The notes under the pieces: generated by a model
What the model was told of the DNA's origin: nothing
Databases searched by the model: none
Seen by the model: only the letters and a program-made list of their open reading frames with translations
Assembly: GCF_031769215.1 (NCBI RefSeq)
Contig: NW_026782081.1
Coordinates: 2,790,001-2,854,000 of the forward strand
Direction: 5' to 3'
Origin: Ylistrum balloti
Lineage: Eukaryota
Length of the DNA stretch: 64,000 nucleotides
Program-made: the position numbers and the translations under genes
Shown here: positions 12,190 through 26,173 of the stretch, in pieces
Layout: each line of letters starts with the position of its first letter
Numbering within the stretch: the first letter of the stretch is position 1

Positions 12190-13910
12190 CATCGTTTATC
12201 AGTAAACCGCGGAGAGAAACAATATTTTATCAAAATTTCAACTTCGTGGACTATTCTATATTGTCAAAGAGTGTCCATATTGTGGAAAATACTACTATAC
12301 AAAAGACCCCACACTGAGCACACCGTACCGTAGACAACAAGAGGAACACTATTTAGGCTCTATGGTACTGCTGTGCCATGTAGCTACAGTGATCAGAGAG
12401 GTAATTTGTCCAACCCTGGATGCAATAACACTAACGTTATGGCTTATTCACTCATCAAACTAGACTTAACCATACACACGGATAGAGACACTTGGATACT
12501 TAACTTCGCTTCCACACTCAGTGACATGAAAAATTCACGTGGAGTCAGCTAATACTGCTCCCGGTCAACTGTGAAAACTAGTTTGGCTGTTTAAACATGT
12601 CCTACGATGGCCATGATCCTCCAACAAGTCGCCAGTTTATAAAAGTTCACTTTTCAAATAAAGGAGTGGATGCTATGAACATTGCAATATTTTACAACAG
12701 ATGTTTGTTAAATTTGACATTCCACCATAATTTTAAAGCAAAAACACTCCTGTCCGTTACTGTCAGTTAATCCAGGCCCATTGCATCCAAACTTATCAAC
12801 TACAACGTTGCAACACCTGAATGTGGATGACTTTAGAACTAGTTCTTATAGCTATTGTCCATGTGGAGACATAGTAGCTGGTGATTGAAGCATTACTGAA
12901 AATGATAAGCCACGACAGTTTTTGATTCACTTTCTAAATTAGTCAAATCCATTCGCTCCATTATTCTTAAAAGAGTTTGCAGGTTGAAATCTAAAACTAA
13001 ATACGTCAGCTTTCTTAGATCTGATATCCAATCAACACCTTGTTTTTATTAAATCCCTTAGCTTCACAAAAATCCACGTGGAATTAGTAGTATATGTATT
13101 CTAAAGAATGCCATTGAGCTATTAACCAATCTTCAACACACCCTTCTTTAAGAACAGTTGATTTTTTTTAACCCTCCAACCTCCAAAACCCAGTTTAAAC
13201 TTTCTACTCCAAGAAAGGTGAACGATTGTAAAAATATATGGTGATGAACTATACTGAAGCGTATTTCGTGAAAAGTACGTCTAAATCAATGAAGAAATAT
13301 ACAGAGGAGGAAATCATAAAAATAATCGAATTTTTGGATAACAATATCTTCGTCTTCTGAATCTAATGAAAAGCTAATCAAAACAGGTAACAAAGAAAAT
13401 GTAAAGTCATTTAATTTCACTGTCAGATATATGGATGAAGTCTTGTCTGTAAATACAAGAAATTTATTGACCACGTCCATCGTATATACCCACCAGAATG
13501 AAAATCAAAGACACGACAGACTCTTCTACATCAGTTGCTTATCTTGATCTTTTCCTTCACTGAATCCAACATGGACATTTATCCACCAAGCTGTATGATA
13601 AAAGTGATGATTTCAATTTCTCTAATATGAATTTTCTTTTTCTGAATAGCAAAATCCTTGCATAAACAACCTATGGTGTTTACTTGTCGCGGTTGATTTT
13701 GTACAAGAAGTCGGCAACTGACAGACAAACTCGTCACAAAGGTTTCAAAATATGCAGGTTGATGAAGATTATGTGGAAGTTTTACTGTTTTTTTTTTTTT
13801 TTTTTTTGTTCTTTTATATCCTGATCTCATTTGAGAACGTGTCATTGCTTACTTGGATTGACCAAGGTTTATATGACTTGTGTCGTCGATGGATCAGATT
13901 ATTGTAATAT
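12190..13910 (+). mobile_element. Penelope-like element relic with apparent endonuclease-first order (Naiad-type), ending in a terminal repeat
   Basis: In order: DPTLSTP.RRQQEE..LYGTAVP...GNLSNPGC (endonuclease-region-like, about 12300-12430); FIKVHFSNKGVDAMNI (about 12650); GDIVAGD (about 12870); YTEEEIIKIIEFLDNNIFV (about 13300); IYPPEMKIKDTTDSSTSVAYLDLFL...KLYDKSDDFNF...YGVYLSRLI...CRLMKIMWKF (13480-13785); then the terminal motif tctcatttgagaacgtg...gtcgtcgatg. Many stops and frameshifts; ends approximate. Confidence 0.72.
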
Positions 13911-15103
13911 GTTGGTATTTTCTTTTGTTTTTTGTTTTTTTCTGAAATATGATAATCTCAATTTAAAAACAAGATCGGTGATCTTTTTAATTTCCGTATC
14001 AAAAAGGTAATTCATTTTCAATGTAACTTTAAATTGGAGATACAATATATGGCTTCCCTGTTTTATGTTATATAAGAGGTCTCGATTAAGTATACTACAC
14101 CAACATATTCAATACGTCAATGACTGATAACGCTTCTTCACTCAAAATATTTTAGAAAAAACACAAATGAATAGCACATTCTAATGAAATTTAGAATTAG
14201 ATACAATAGAGCTAAACAATGGATTAAACATCATCATACAGCTGTTTCATCTTCTGAACTATTCAATCATGCTAAGGGCCTAGATTTGGAAACGACTGAA
14301 GAACATCAAAAGAGGCAGAAAAATGTCAAAATATTCTAGAAACGAATATTTCTGAAATCCAAATGCATCTTCGAATATCTACCATATATCTTAAATCCAA
14401 GAACAAATTACATTTAAGCACGCAATATTATCCCAGGGACATGGTCGACGACATGCTCTGAGAAGTATAAAATGATGATAGAGAAAGATTAAAAATCAAA
14501 CACGTGTATGAAGTAAGACATTTTCAAAAGACGTGCTTGCAGCTCCTGTATTATCATTCGACTTAAGGACACACGTCCTGGACAATTGTGATTTCATGAT
14601 AAGGTATACCATATGTTTGCTTAATGCGGTTCTCACATAGCCAGTAGATTATACGAAAATGTATCAGTTGTAACAGTACACAGTGCATCCTGTTAGGTGT
14701 AAATCCTCATGCCATTTGATTTACATATTGCAAATGAGGTAATGTACTCAATAACAGTTGTGAAAAATGATGAAGCTGAATATTTTATATGAGCAAATAA
14801 ATATTGGATCAGAGTGGGATTCCAGCGCCTATCATCAATACCTGATTCACTCTTTGACAATAATTGTCCAGCTAAATATAGATGAGAACAATTTTGATGG
14901 TCTACGTTAAAAATGTATATCTACGCAAACCTTCCTTTAGATAAAGAATTTTAAAATAATGAATAATTAATATAAAAACATATCATGTTTAAGTATACGG
15001 CTATCCTTGGCGTAGGTTGTAGGTCACCTTAGATAAGTTTCTCTTATGACTTTTCCACGTCACGTTATACCTTATAAGCAGACTCGACATTAATTTGTTT
15101 GGC

Positions 15104-17587
15104 ATGAAAGCCATATTTGCTTTGTTTGTTTTCTTTTACATTGGTGTTTGTACAGGTAAGTCCATGTAATATATTTATCATTATAACTAGATATTTCATT
15201 GCGATAGCTCGTTTTGCTAGTATAGGAAATAGCTGTGATACCGAAGCACAAGTCACATTTAAAATATCGTGAATAGGTCAACTTGATTTCTAAAAAGTTG
15301 AAAAAAACTGTGATCATCTTTTAAAGTCCATTTGAAAATACTTTTTATCCACGTATAGTGCTCCATGACACATGATTATATTTGAAAACAGATCTGTGAA
15401 ATTCAGAACTTAAATATGAGTTCTCACCTGAATTATCACCGATTCACTATACATGTAAACTTATCCTTACAACAACATTAAGACGGATTCTCATTCCTTG
15501 TCCCCTGAATTTATTATTATTACGTATTGATTTAGGAAATCTCAATATAACAACACAGGTTTATTGTCAATAAATGTTTACAGGAACGGGACCATGTAGA
15601 GACGGCTGGGTACCATTCAGTGAGAACTGCTACTACTTCTCACACAATCTCATGTCATGGCCACAGGCTGCGGTGAGTGAACTAATTAATATGCAGTTTT
15701 GTTCTTTCCATTACTCTGATTGGCTGTCATAACACAACTTCCCATGATGAACAAACGAGGTTTGGACAATTTGTTATTTAAGTTATCCTTGCATCCTGAG
15801 AATAGGAAAAACCATTTGTTGTAAAGAAATACAAATTTAGACGGCGTATTTGCTGCAGTACTTATATCATTTACTTCTGGGATATATTCAGTATTGTTAG
15901 TGTTTTCTGAATATAACCCAACACCATACGATTATCACATCAGTGGTTCTGCTAATATTTATCAACGTAATCTGACATTTGGAATATACTGGCTGCTTGG
16001 TATTTAGGTTGGGAAAGCCTCATCATATGTATTTTACATGGATATAAAGACTTTGCTATTGTACAATATATTACATAATCATAATGATTAATTTACACGA
16101 TGTTAGGATTACTATTTAGATGTGTAAAATTTAGAACTGTCATTGCAGTGTTCGACCCGGGTTTTTATTGTATTGCTATTACAATCTGTATCATTTATAC
16201 ATAACAACTGAATACACATTTCATTTCAAATAGCATGTCACAAAACATTTTGATTTTGGCAAAACTAACTTGGTGTAAAAATATTCACCGAAACCATGCA
16301 CAGAAACCGTACATAAAGATTATAGACACAAGTATCACAATAAGACCAAACAAAAGTGTCCAGTGATTATTGTGAATATTCATATGGTATTAAATAATAA
16401 TATCTTTTATACACTTACCTCTTCATTTATGTTGATATTTTCTGCTGCTAAGCAGTCGTTATATGTATATGCAGGAAACATGCGAGGCATTACACAGCAC
16501 ACTTGCTACAGTTTTGTCAGCTGAAGAACAGACATTCTTAAAGACGACTCTATTGAACATACATCCTCATGGTAAGAAAGGCTTCAACATAACTCAGTCC
16601 ATTTTCTTTTTTTCTTCTTAACAGTACTACTGTTTCTTAATATATCTTAAGCGAAGTACAAACTATAAATAGAAATAATTGACACTGGCGTTTAAACATG
16701 ATACAGAATTTAAAAAAGGAAACAAACACAATTAGCTTCCATGATGCCGTTTAATGTAAACCACTGACTTAAGATTCATACTCACATAGATGCTGCTAGT
16801 CGTATATATTGGATTGACGGCACCGATCTGGAAGTTGAGCACGTGTGGAGATGGGCGTCCACAGGAGAAATATTAACCTATACGGACTGGAGTACGGGGG
16901 AACCCACCAATACCGGAGCTGAAAATTGTCTCCTTCTATGGGGTCAACAAAATTTCAAGATGGGTGACAATCCGTGTGGAGCGAGCTGGAACTACATCTG
17001 CAAATCTAGGTCTTTATCGATAAAAAACGCATGTTTTGATAGCAACGATAGTAGATATAATATCATCAAAGACAAAAATGTATAATTTTAACAATATAGC
17101 ACATTATCGAAAGTAACCTTCTATCGTCATAAATCATCCATTTTACAGTTTTCATTCCGCACAATATCGTATAACATAATCCGCCTAATATCCAGTTTTT
17201 TCGTTCATGTAAATTTCTGTATATATGTCACTAGTGTTTCATACACTAGGTTGTGCCGCGCCGATCAGAAATCGATTGGGTAGTCACAATATCAACAATG
17301 ACTTTACGTCATGAGCTGGAAAAGGTGCAACAAAATGTCTCCCTCTGCTTTATTTTGTCCTCTTTATTTCAAATTCAAAACAAATCAAAATATATTTTTC
17401 TGAGTCATGTTGTGGCAAACTATCTGATTTATTTAGTTCCGAGCTTTTAGTCTGAGGCGTGTTTCATTAAATTACATGTAAATTGGAAACTTTTTTTTAT
17501 TGATCTGTATGTTTCATGTAAGTTCTTACAATATTTATTTCATCTTACTTTTACAGCGAAGAAAACACTGAAAACATCATCGGCTGA
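15104..17587 (+). CDS. Secreted C-type lectin (perlucin-like), CTL-C, 162 aa, 5 exons
   Basis: Exons 15104-15155, 15584-15672, 16475-16571, 16790-17009, 17557-17587 (489 nt). MKAIFALFVFFYIGVCTG TGPCRDGWVPFSENCYYFSHNLMSWPQAA ETCEALHSTLATVLSAEEQTFL...YWIDGTDLEVEHVWRW...WSTGEPTNTGAENCLLLWGQQNFKMGDNPCGASWNYICKSSEENTENIIG*. The exon-4 donor (AG/gtcttt) is weak. Confidence 0.88.
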
Positions 17588-20130
17588 ATTATCTCAATAA
17601 ACTAAGATTTGAGAACACTTGATATTTTTATTATTTGTAAAATGAAATTTTGAAAGATCACTGGCACTTGTTGCTTGTTTCACTTTATCAATAGAGCAAC
17701 TATTGAGTCGAACTGAATGTATCTCTTACGGTTTTTTTTTTTTTTTTTTTTTTTAAAATAAACATTTTGTGAATTATAGTATCGGTAATTCGCATACCAG
17801 AATTAATCATTACTACAATGTACCTATCAGGTATTCAGTGACCTAGCTAAGTTCAATTTTTATCTACTAGGTACAACTAGTTCCATTCGAAATAAAACGT
17901 TCGGAGTGCAATACACATAAATCATGTCTGATTTTTATCAACTATGAAATACCCGGCAAAATTACTATTGACTCTTTGTACCCATTCATGCACCTCTACA
18001 GTGGGGCTAAGTCAGCAGTTTGCTAGATTTAAACTCCCATCTTCATCCAGCTGGGTTAGTCTCTTCCATATTTGATCAAAATCAGGAAGTCTCCGAGAAA
18101 ATGCTGATTAATATTGAATATTAATATGTGCCGGGACCAGGCCCTCCTGAGTGATACTGAATCAGCCATTCGACAAGTATAGATCCATTGTGGTCATCAG
18201 CATAGTTGTCATGTTACTTATAAAGTTTGAAAGTTGATCACATATGATTCATTTGACCGTGACTTAAATTTTGACCATTCAAAAACAAACGACTGCAACT
18301 CCAACACCCAAAAGGGGGAGATAAGGGATGTGAACAAAAATAAAATGAAACATTTTTGGCCACCATTTTGGGTCATATTAAAGTATAATAGATCATAATC
18401 AAAATAGCCTTGTTACCGAAATGGTGTCACTCAAATATGTCCCGATACCTATTTGTGAGCAAAGGTGACAGGTCATGATTTACGCTACATATCGGTATAT
18501 TAAAACTTGATTACGTGGAACTGTTTAGATAAAAGGAAACAAGTCGAAGAATCAGAACATAGGATCGTAAGTCGGTCATAGTACGTTTACATATGTGTAC
18601 ATCTCTGGAGACGTGTTCATGGTTAGCGCCGCATTTCAGTATGAAATTACATTTTGATATAACATTGAAGATAATTATATATCAACCCTATGGGTTATTT
18701 AGTGCTCAGTAATGAGCTGGTATGATTTTGCGCTGGTTAAGAAATGCTAACGGATATGTAATACTTCGACAAAATCGCCTAAATGTATGTTGACGTTACA
18801 TGACCAGGATATAAGGACAAAACAACTGTATCATGCTGTTAAGTACAGGATGACTGACAATATACTTACAAAAACAACATACCATTAGATATGACTGTCC
18901 TATTAATTAAAACAGGGAAATATTGAAACACGTTAATGTTGTAGTTAATGAAATATAACGTTAATGAAACAAATTTGGAGTATACTTGCCCTTCTAGTTT
19001 CAGTTTTTGATGATAAATTGTTTTAATAGCGAATAATGTGTTTTATAACCGCATTTCTGAAACGCGGACGTTTAATACGCAGTTTTGGATATATATAATA
19101 TAAGATGCTTACTCTTTGTAACGCCCTTCCACCAACTTGCCTAACACAATATATACGCTAAAGGCAAATTTACCAACGATCTTTTTATTTATATATATTT
19201 ATATATATTTTTATTTATTTGCGGTTTGGACAAAATCTTTAACATAAAAACGGCATATCACAAAAACGTTCCAACATGTAAATCCCAGGTATCAAAATCG
19301 AATACATCGTTATTTATGATTGAGGGTACTTTATTTTGGAAAATTCGTAAAAATACTGAGAATCCAACTGTAAAATAAGTTTGATTGACAAACTGTTTGC
19401 TGGAACTCTATGTAAGCATGCTGTGCTCTCTCATGACGTACTTTTCATGCAATGCTGAATTTATCAAGGTGGTTATCAAAGTTGGTCGAAAATACTGTAC
19501 TAAGTCCTTCAACTTTAATTTAACTTGGATCGACAAGATATCAACAGGTGAAATATTCTTAATTGGATTGAATTTATTAAACAACTTTAATGTTAGTCAA
19601 ATTAACGAACTTCCACATTCACATCTTCAACTTATCATGTTTTGGTATTGCAGTATTGACACCAAAGACATCCGCCCCCTCCCAACAAACACACAATTTT
19701 ATCTGTTTCACAATTAAATTCCAGTGAACAATTTTTTAATATTACGACGAATTTCATTTTTTCAAATGTCAAATTTGCCAAATGCTACGCATGTTTTAAT
19801 TTTCGTATTTACATTTAATTCGCAGTATTGTTTAATACCTTAAAGTAGGAGTGACACCAAAGCAGTACTGGCATGTTACCAAAGGTATATGTTTGCAACA
19901 TGAAGATAACAGGAATATGGAAATACGTTAATTGTTTTTTTGTTTATGAAACTGTCCTACAGGTACATAAATGTATAATCAATTAGAAAATTGAGTTTAA
20001 TAAACAATGGACAAGTTTGAAATACTCTTAGGAAAGGATTGGTAAACAAATGGTTAAGTGCAGATAAGCGTATATTGGGGTGACAAAGTTTATTCCCTAT
20101 CTGATAGTTGTCTTACCGGAAGCTCTAGTA

Positions 20131-23100
20131 ATGAAGCTCGTTGTCGGCATTGTATTGCTTAGTGGCTTCATAACATGTATATGTAAGTAAACGCTGCGAA
20201 ACATGCTGTTCATTACAATTCCCTAAGCTTGATATCGTATCAAGTTGTTTTCTAAATATCTTTAACTTTTTGTCTTCCATCTAAGTATCAATTTCGCCGT
20301 TAATGCTATTTAGAATATTCGGTATTATTTTATCTTGAACCAACATCTTTGTAAAACAAGATATCTTTTTTACAGTGGCAAACTGCAGAAATGGCTGGGT
20401 AACGTTTGATGAGTGGTGTTATTTGTTTTCTCACAATCAGCTGACTTGGTCGGAGGCATCTGTAAGAAATATAATTAAAACTGAAATAAATAAACATGTA
20501 GAAGGTAGTAAATTACGTGTAGGTGATAGTAGCAGAGGAAGTAGTAGCAGTAGTGGGTGTTGGAAGTAGTAATGGCGATGGTGGTGGTAGTATTGGTGAT
20601 GTTGATGGTGGTGGTAGTAGTGNNNNNNNNNNNNNNNNNNNNNNNNNNNNNNNNNNNNNNNNNNNNNNNNNNNNNNNNNNNNNNNNNNNNNNNNNNNNNN
20701 NNNNNNNNNNNNNNNNNNNNNNNNNNNNNNNNNNNNNNNNNNNNNNNNNNNNNNNNNNNNNNNNNNNNGGTGGTGGTAGTAATGGCGATGGTGGTGGTAG
20801 TAATGGCGATGGTGGTGGTAGTAGTGGCGATGGTGGTGGNNNNNNNNNNNNNNNNNNNNNNNNNNNNNNNNNNNNNNNNNNNNNNNNNNNNNNNNNNNNN
20901 NNNNNNNNNNNNNNNNNNNNNNNNNNNNNNNNNNNNNNNNNNNNNNNNNNNNNNNNNNNNNNNNNNNNNNNNNNNNNNNNNNNNNNNNNNNNNNNNNNNN
21001 NGTAGTATTGGTGATGGCGATGGTGGTAGTAGTAGTGATGATGGTGGTTTTGGCGGTACTAGTATAAGAAGTAGTCGTAGTGGTGGTGTGGTGGTGGTGG
21101 TGGTGGTGGTGATAGTAGTAATAGTGGTGATGGTGATAGTAGTAATAGTGGTGATGGTGATAGTAGAAATAGTGGTGATGTAGGTGGTGGTAGTAGTAGC
21201 AGTAGTAGTAGTGGTGATATAGGTCGTGGTTGTGGTGGTGGTGGTAATAATAGTGGTGATGTGGTGGTGTTGGTAGTAATAGTGATCATGATGGTGGTAA
21301 TGGTGGTAGCTGTAGTAGTGGTGATGATGTTGGTTGTAATAGTAGTAATAGTGGTGGAGGTTGAAGTAGAAGTGTTGGTGGTGATTGTGTTGTTACTAGA
21401 ACTAGTATTTGTGTTGTTGTGGTGGTGGTGTTGTGGTGGTGGTGGTGATGGTTGAAGTAGACGTGTTGGTGGTGGTATTGGTGGTGATGGTTGTGGTGGT
21501 TGAAGTAGAAGTGATAACGGTGGTGGTGGTTGTGTTGGTGGTGATTGTGTTGTTACTAGAACTAGTATTTGTGTTGTTGTGGTGGTGGTGGTGGTGTTGT
21601 GGTGATGGTGGTGATTGTGTTGTTACTAGTACTAGTAGTTATNNNNNNNNNNNNNNNNNNNNNNNNNNNNNNNNNNNNNNNNNNNNNNNNNNNNNNNNNN
21701 NNNNNNNNNNNNNNNNNNNNNNNNNNNNNNNNNNNNNNNNNNNNNNNNNNNNNNNNNNNNNNNNNNNNNNNNNNNNNNNNNNNNNNNNNNNNNNNNNNNN
21801 NNNNNGTATCATTAGTAATTTTGGTAACCGTCGTCGTCGCTGAAGTCGTCAACATCTTATCATGAAAACTAACCTCAGTTTTGTAATGTTTTACTTGTGC
21901 ATATCAAGAATGATCTAAGTGATGAAGAAGATACCATTCATGTTACCTTTTTAATAAAAGTGTTTGCTTTGGAAGAAATGAAACAAAAATTTCACGTTCA
22001 ATTTTCCTCCATACTTTTATAGTGCAGATAACATAAGTAGTACTGATCCATTAGGATCCAACAAGTAGTATTGTTAAAGTATGAAAGTCATATTAACAAG
22101 CAATCAAATGACAAAATGTGATAAAACAATAAATATTTTACTTTTTGAACGTTTTTCTTAAGAGGAACTGAAAATATTAAGATGTTAATACTAATATTTT
22201 TAAAATGTGTTTTCATTTAGGTTTAAAATATTTTTAGTAGAGGCCTTCATCGTCTATGACGACAATCATAAAAATACCGATATATCCCCAGCTAAGTAAA
22301 TGGGTGGAAAACTATTCATACAAAATATGCTAATTCTGACTCGTATATCGACTCGTGTAAATTCATACTGTACTCATTGTTACTATTTCTTTATTACAGA
22401 TAAAAAAAGTTCAGTTCTTATATTGTCACCTTGCCTGTTGTACTATTGTTCAAATCTGTTTTCGGAACAGGAGACATGCCATGCCCTTCATTCCCACCTG
22501 GCTACTGTGTTATCAGCAGAGGAGCAAAATTTCCTGTCAACTCAATTACTTGAATTGCATAAAGACGGTAATGATTTTATATGAATTCAGAATTGACGTG
22601 CATTCGGTACAAATGTTTCAACATGCACTAATCAACGATAAGCTTCAATAATTAAATTTACGAAAGTTGTTTCAGATCTATTATGTACACGTGTTCATCA
22701 TTTTAACCAACCTATTTATAGATCCAAAGATATCCTCAACACTTTACTGGCTGGACGGGTCAGATTTAGAAGTTGAACACGTTTGGCGATGGATGACAAC
22801 AGGTGACGTCCTCACATTCACCGACTGGGCGCCAACTGAACCCAACATGGCAGAAAACGAGGATTGCCTAATCCTGTGGGGGGCCAGTAAATTCCAGATG
22901 GGAGATAACGCATGCTCCAATAAGCGAAACTACATATGCCAACAAACGTATGTTCAATTACAAGTATTTTCAAGCGCGAGTATACTGCAAAGGGTCCTAA
23001 TTGTGCACATTCCAATATTGTTGATTTATTGCATTTTGACAAATTAGCGCAATGATGAATTGGTGTACAGACTATCTTCTTCATTTATATATATACTACA

Positions 23101-23414
23101 GAAACCTCAATTTGGACAATCATATTTTATTAATCAATTTAATATTAACGCTAAAATACATACATCTACGATAAGTTTAATTCCTTGTACAAAATCTTCT
23201 TTGGCCCAACAGGCCATATCACTTTGCGTAAATTGACAAATGTTGTCTTATTTCAAAATACATTTACAGCCTACAATTTCGCTTCTTATATGGTCCTGGT
23301 GATAATTTTCTGTTTAAGCATTTGCACAAAAATCTTTCTTCTGCCTTTTTTAAGGTTAAGATTATTTATATTTTCAGTGTTGACACGGACTATGGAAATG
23401 AAATAATTGGTTAA
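20131..23414 (+). CDS. Secreted C-type lectin (perlucin-like), CTL-D, 165 aa, 5 exons
   Basis: Exons 20131-20182, 20376-20461, 22471-22567, 22722-22947, 23378-23414 (498 nt). MKLVVGIVLLSGFITCIL ANCRNGWVTFDEWCYLFSHNQLTWSEAS ETCHALHSHLATVLSAEEQNFL...YWLDGSDLEVEHVWRW...WAPTEPNMAENEDCLILWGASKFQMGDNACSNKRNYICQQTVDTDYGNEIIG*. The terminal exon was chosen for its IIG* match to the paralogs. Confidence 0.88.
20521..21825. repeat. Degenerate (GGT/AGT/GAT)n low-complexity tract with three N-runs, inside CTL-D intron 2
   Basis: G/T-rich trinucleotide mosaic with a 21-bp subunit gtggtggtagtaatggcgatg and a duplicated block containing gtgattgtgttgttactagaactagtatttgtgttgttgtgg. N-runs at about 20623-20768, 20840-21001 and 21643-21805. 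Confidence 0.9.
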
Positions 23415-23705
23415 CCTTAGAAGTTACGACACATAAGTTTTGTGTCACGCGTGAGAACATAATGTGGTCTATCTTAAAACATGGTATGCGTTATCAGATA
23501 ATAAAAAAGTATAAAAATTGTGTTGTTCCTTGCAATGATATTTCAAGCAACAATTCTTTTTCATATTGATTATTGTAAATGGAGCAAAGAGAACAGTATT
23601 ACAATCACCTAACTATATTTTAATCGGTTGCTTTTGACTGCTCGTATTGTATGTTTCCTGTTTGTTCTGATACTGTTACTTTATTGTCCCATTTGCATTT
23701 TTAAG

Positions 23706-23932
23706 NNNNNNNNNNNNNNNNNNNNNNNNNNNNNNNNNNNNNNNNNNNNNNNNNNNNNNNNNNNNNNNNNNNNNNNNNNNNNNNNNNNNNNNNNNNNNNN
23801 NNNNNNNNNNNNNNNNNNNNNNNNNNNNNNNNNNNNNNNNNNNNNNNNNNNNNNNNNNNNNNNNNNNNNNNNNNNNNNNNNNNNNNNNNNNNNNNNNNNN
23901 NNNNNNNNNNNNNNNNNNNNNNNNNNNNNNNN
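23706..23932. other. N-run (assembly gap or masked sequence), 227 nt
   Basis: Run of N in the sequence. Confidence 0.9.
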
Positions 23933-26173
23933 CATGTTTCACATGATAAAAAACAATGGAAGGTGATAGGTTCCGTTTCGTCTAGGAAAACAGACTCCTC
24001 ATAGCAAAAAGAACAGGCGTTTGGTAAGAGTGAGGAGTTTGCTTTTGTAACGTGTAGAGGGATTTCGTTATTAGTAATTTCTCGGTATCACTGCATTTGA
24101 GTACACAATAGATATGTTTATCTATAACTAACCTAGTATAACGCCTTAAGTACAAATATATACAAATATGTCTCAGCTTATCCGAGCTATCAGTTATGCC
24201 AAATAACCACTATGTTTAACGTACAAGAATGTAAAGAATGAATTACATTATAAACGAGATGATACAATAAGCAGTAACACTCACCAATCACTGAACTATT
24301 TACAAAGAGCTGTATTATATGCCGAGTTGCGCATTGTACCTAACACAACTGTACAAAGGGGCGCAACTCTAAATTTCCTACACACTCACACTTCTCAGCG
24401 AACCTATTTTGCTTTTACGCCCCGCGGTGTCAACGAACGATGGAGTTTCCGTGTGTTAGAATGACCAACTAAGCAATGAGTCGTGTCGGACAGAGAACCT
24501 GGCCGAGATAAGGCACTATTTCAGCTCCATCCTTCAGCACTGCTCATCTGCACAACTATACTTCGTCTTAGTCACCTAACCGCTTTAGCTATATGACCGT
24601 AAACAATACAATTATCCAAGTATCTATTTGACACCGAACATTAACAAAACACGGAAGCAGATCATAATCGTAGGTAGCATCTATGTTACACTTTACCAAT
24701 TTTTAATTTGCTATTTCTAGAGAGTAACATGCCAACTCGACAACTTAGGTTATGTACATGTCGCAGATTTTCCGATATTTATGGGCTTCCCCTGATATCA
24801 TGGTTTTCGCACAAGATGTCAACAGCAGTAGGTTGATGACCATTATTAGAACGGTTTATTATCATGACATTGAGATGTGTTTCATTCTCTTCGATACCTG
24901 TAAATATGCCCGATGATTCCGTCGCTGTTTATCTTCTTCACATATGGGAGCGTGACATCACTTAACTTGAATTAACCAAGATTTGTAGAGTGTATTTCGT
25001 CGAGGAGTCTCCGTGTATTTTTTCCGCGTAGAAATATCAACATTCGGTTTGAAATCAGATTCTGATAACATGTCGGTATTTTCCTTATCATTATTCTTAC
25101 TTGGCGTTTTGCCAAATCCCTTATGTATTTTTAGTTTCTAGCAACATACACGTTGGAAGCATACTTCGATGAAATGGTGTATCATTGTAGTAACCGTTTA
25201 TTGTGTAATGTATTTTTGTGAAAAAAGTCTAATATTTTTTGTGATAACTTGTTCCTGATCAATTTGGATGTGGAATGAAAAACTGTAGTCAAACTTTGAT
25301 TCCACCAGTGGATCCTTTCATAGGTAATTTCACTTAATCAGTTACATTTTATTTCGATTGATATTAGTGTTATGAATCAGCAAATCGAAAATAAAAGACG
25401 TTTCTATAGACTCGTGATTCATTAAAAACAAAAAGAAAACATGATATAATTATATTTGTTCTTTAAATTATCGTCGCTCAAGTAATAGCCATGTAAGGCT
25501 TGTTTCAGGAAGACCAGCATGTTTCAAACTGAAGCATAACCTCGCGAAAACAACATAAATACCCATTTTTGGCATATGTCTCCATATAGATCATTTTGAG
25601 TTAACTGCAAAATAATTGAGAACTAACCTTTTATTTTGTTCCATTTGATTGAGCACGAGACATATTGTTTATACATGAACATGTACCAAGTGATTCAGTA
25701 AACAAAATGAATGGTTCGACTTCATAGTTCAAATATCTTACCGTTCAAAGTGTCAGGTACATTACCTTGTGAAATCAACAATATAAATAATTTCAAAGCA
25801 GTGTTCTTGTATGGGAAACATCTGTTCATAAAAGCTGTTGACCGATAGCTAAATCACATCCATTTTCTCCGTGACAAGAACAGAAAAATGGTCCTGCATT
25901 TAAGTAGTTTTATTCATATAAAATATCTATGTTGTACTTGTTAAAATATTTTCATAATTGGTTTAGCAATTAAAAGAATAAATCAATCTAAATGAAAATT
26001 AGGACGAAATACCTGCATTGAAAATAAAGGAGGTTTGAATTATGCGCCAAAAGGGAAATACAGAGGTGGTGAACTGGGTCAAGTTATAGAGTTACTCTCG
26101 CTTTTCAACACAGAAAACAGTGGCCGTTCTAAATGTTTTACTCTAAAATGTTTGTAAGCATTGAAGGTCATCT

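Noticed and set aside
11500-13910. Hammerhead ribozyme or SECIS in the Penelope-like copies
   Set aside because: By eye I found no CTGANGA...GAAA core with a stem II and no correctly spaced ATGA/AA/GA SECIS. A covariance-model search would be needed to exclude them.
14715-14745. tacatattgcaaatgag/gtaatg resembling the end of CTL-A/B exon 4 (YICQMR), a possible sixth lectin relic
   Set aside because: Only about 17 nt match and no upstream lectin motifs could be read, which is compatible with chance.
20523-21865. Val-rich, Gly/Ser-rich and Thr/Pro-rich ORFs in the ORF track
   Set aside because: They are translations of a trinucleotide low-complexity tract and N-runs inside CTL-D intron 2, with no credible splice sites, and inclusion would split the lectin domain.
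24290-24600. tRNA-like A-box on the minus strand (ggtcatatagctaaagcggttagg)
   Set aside because: No cloverleaf or properly spaced B-box. At most a very decayed SINE, not a tRNA gene.
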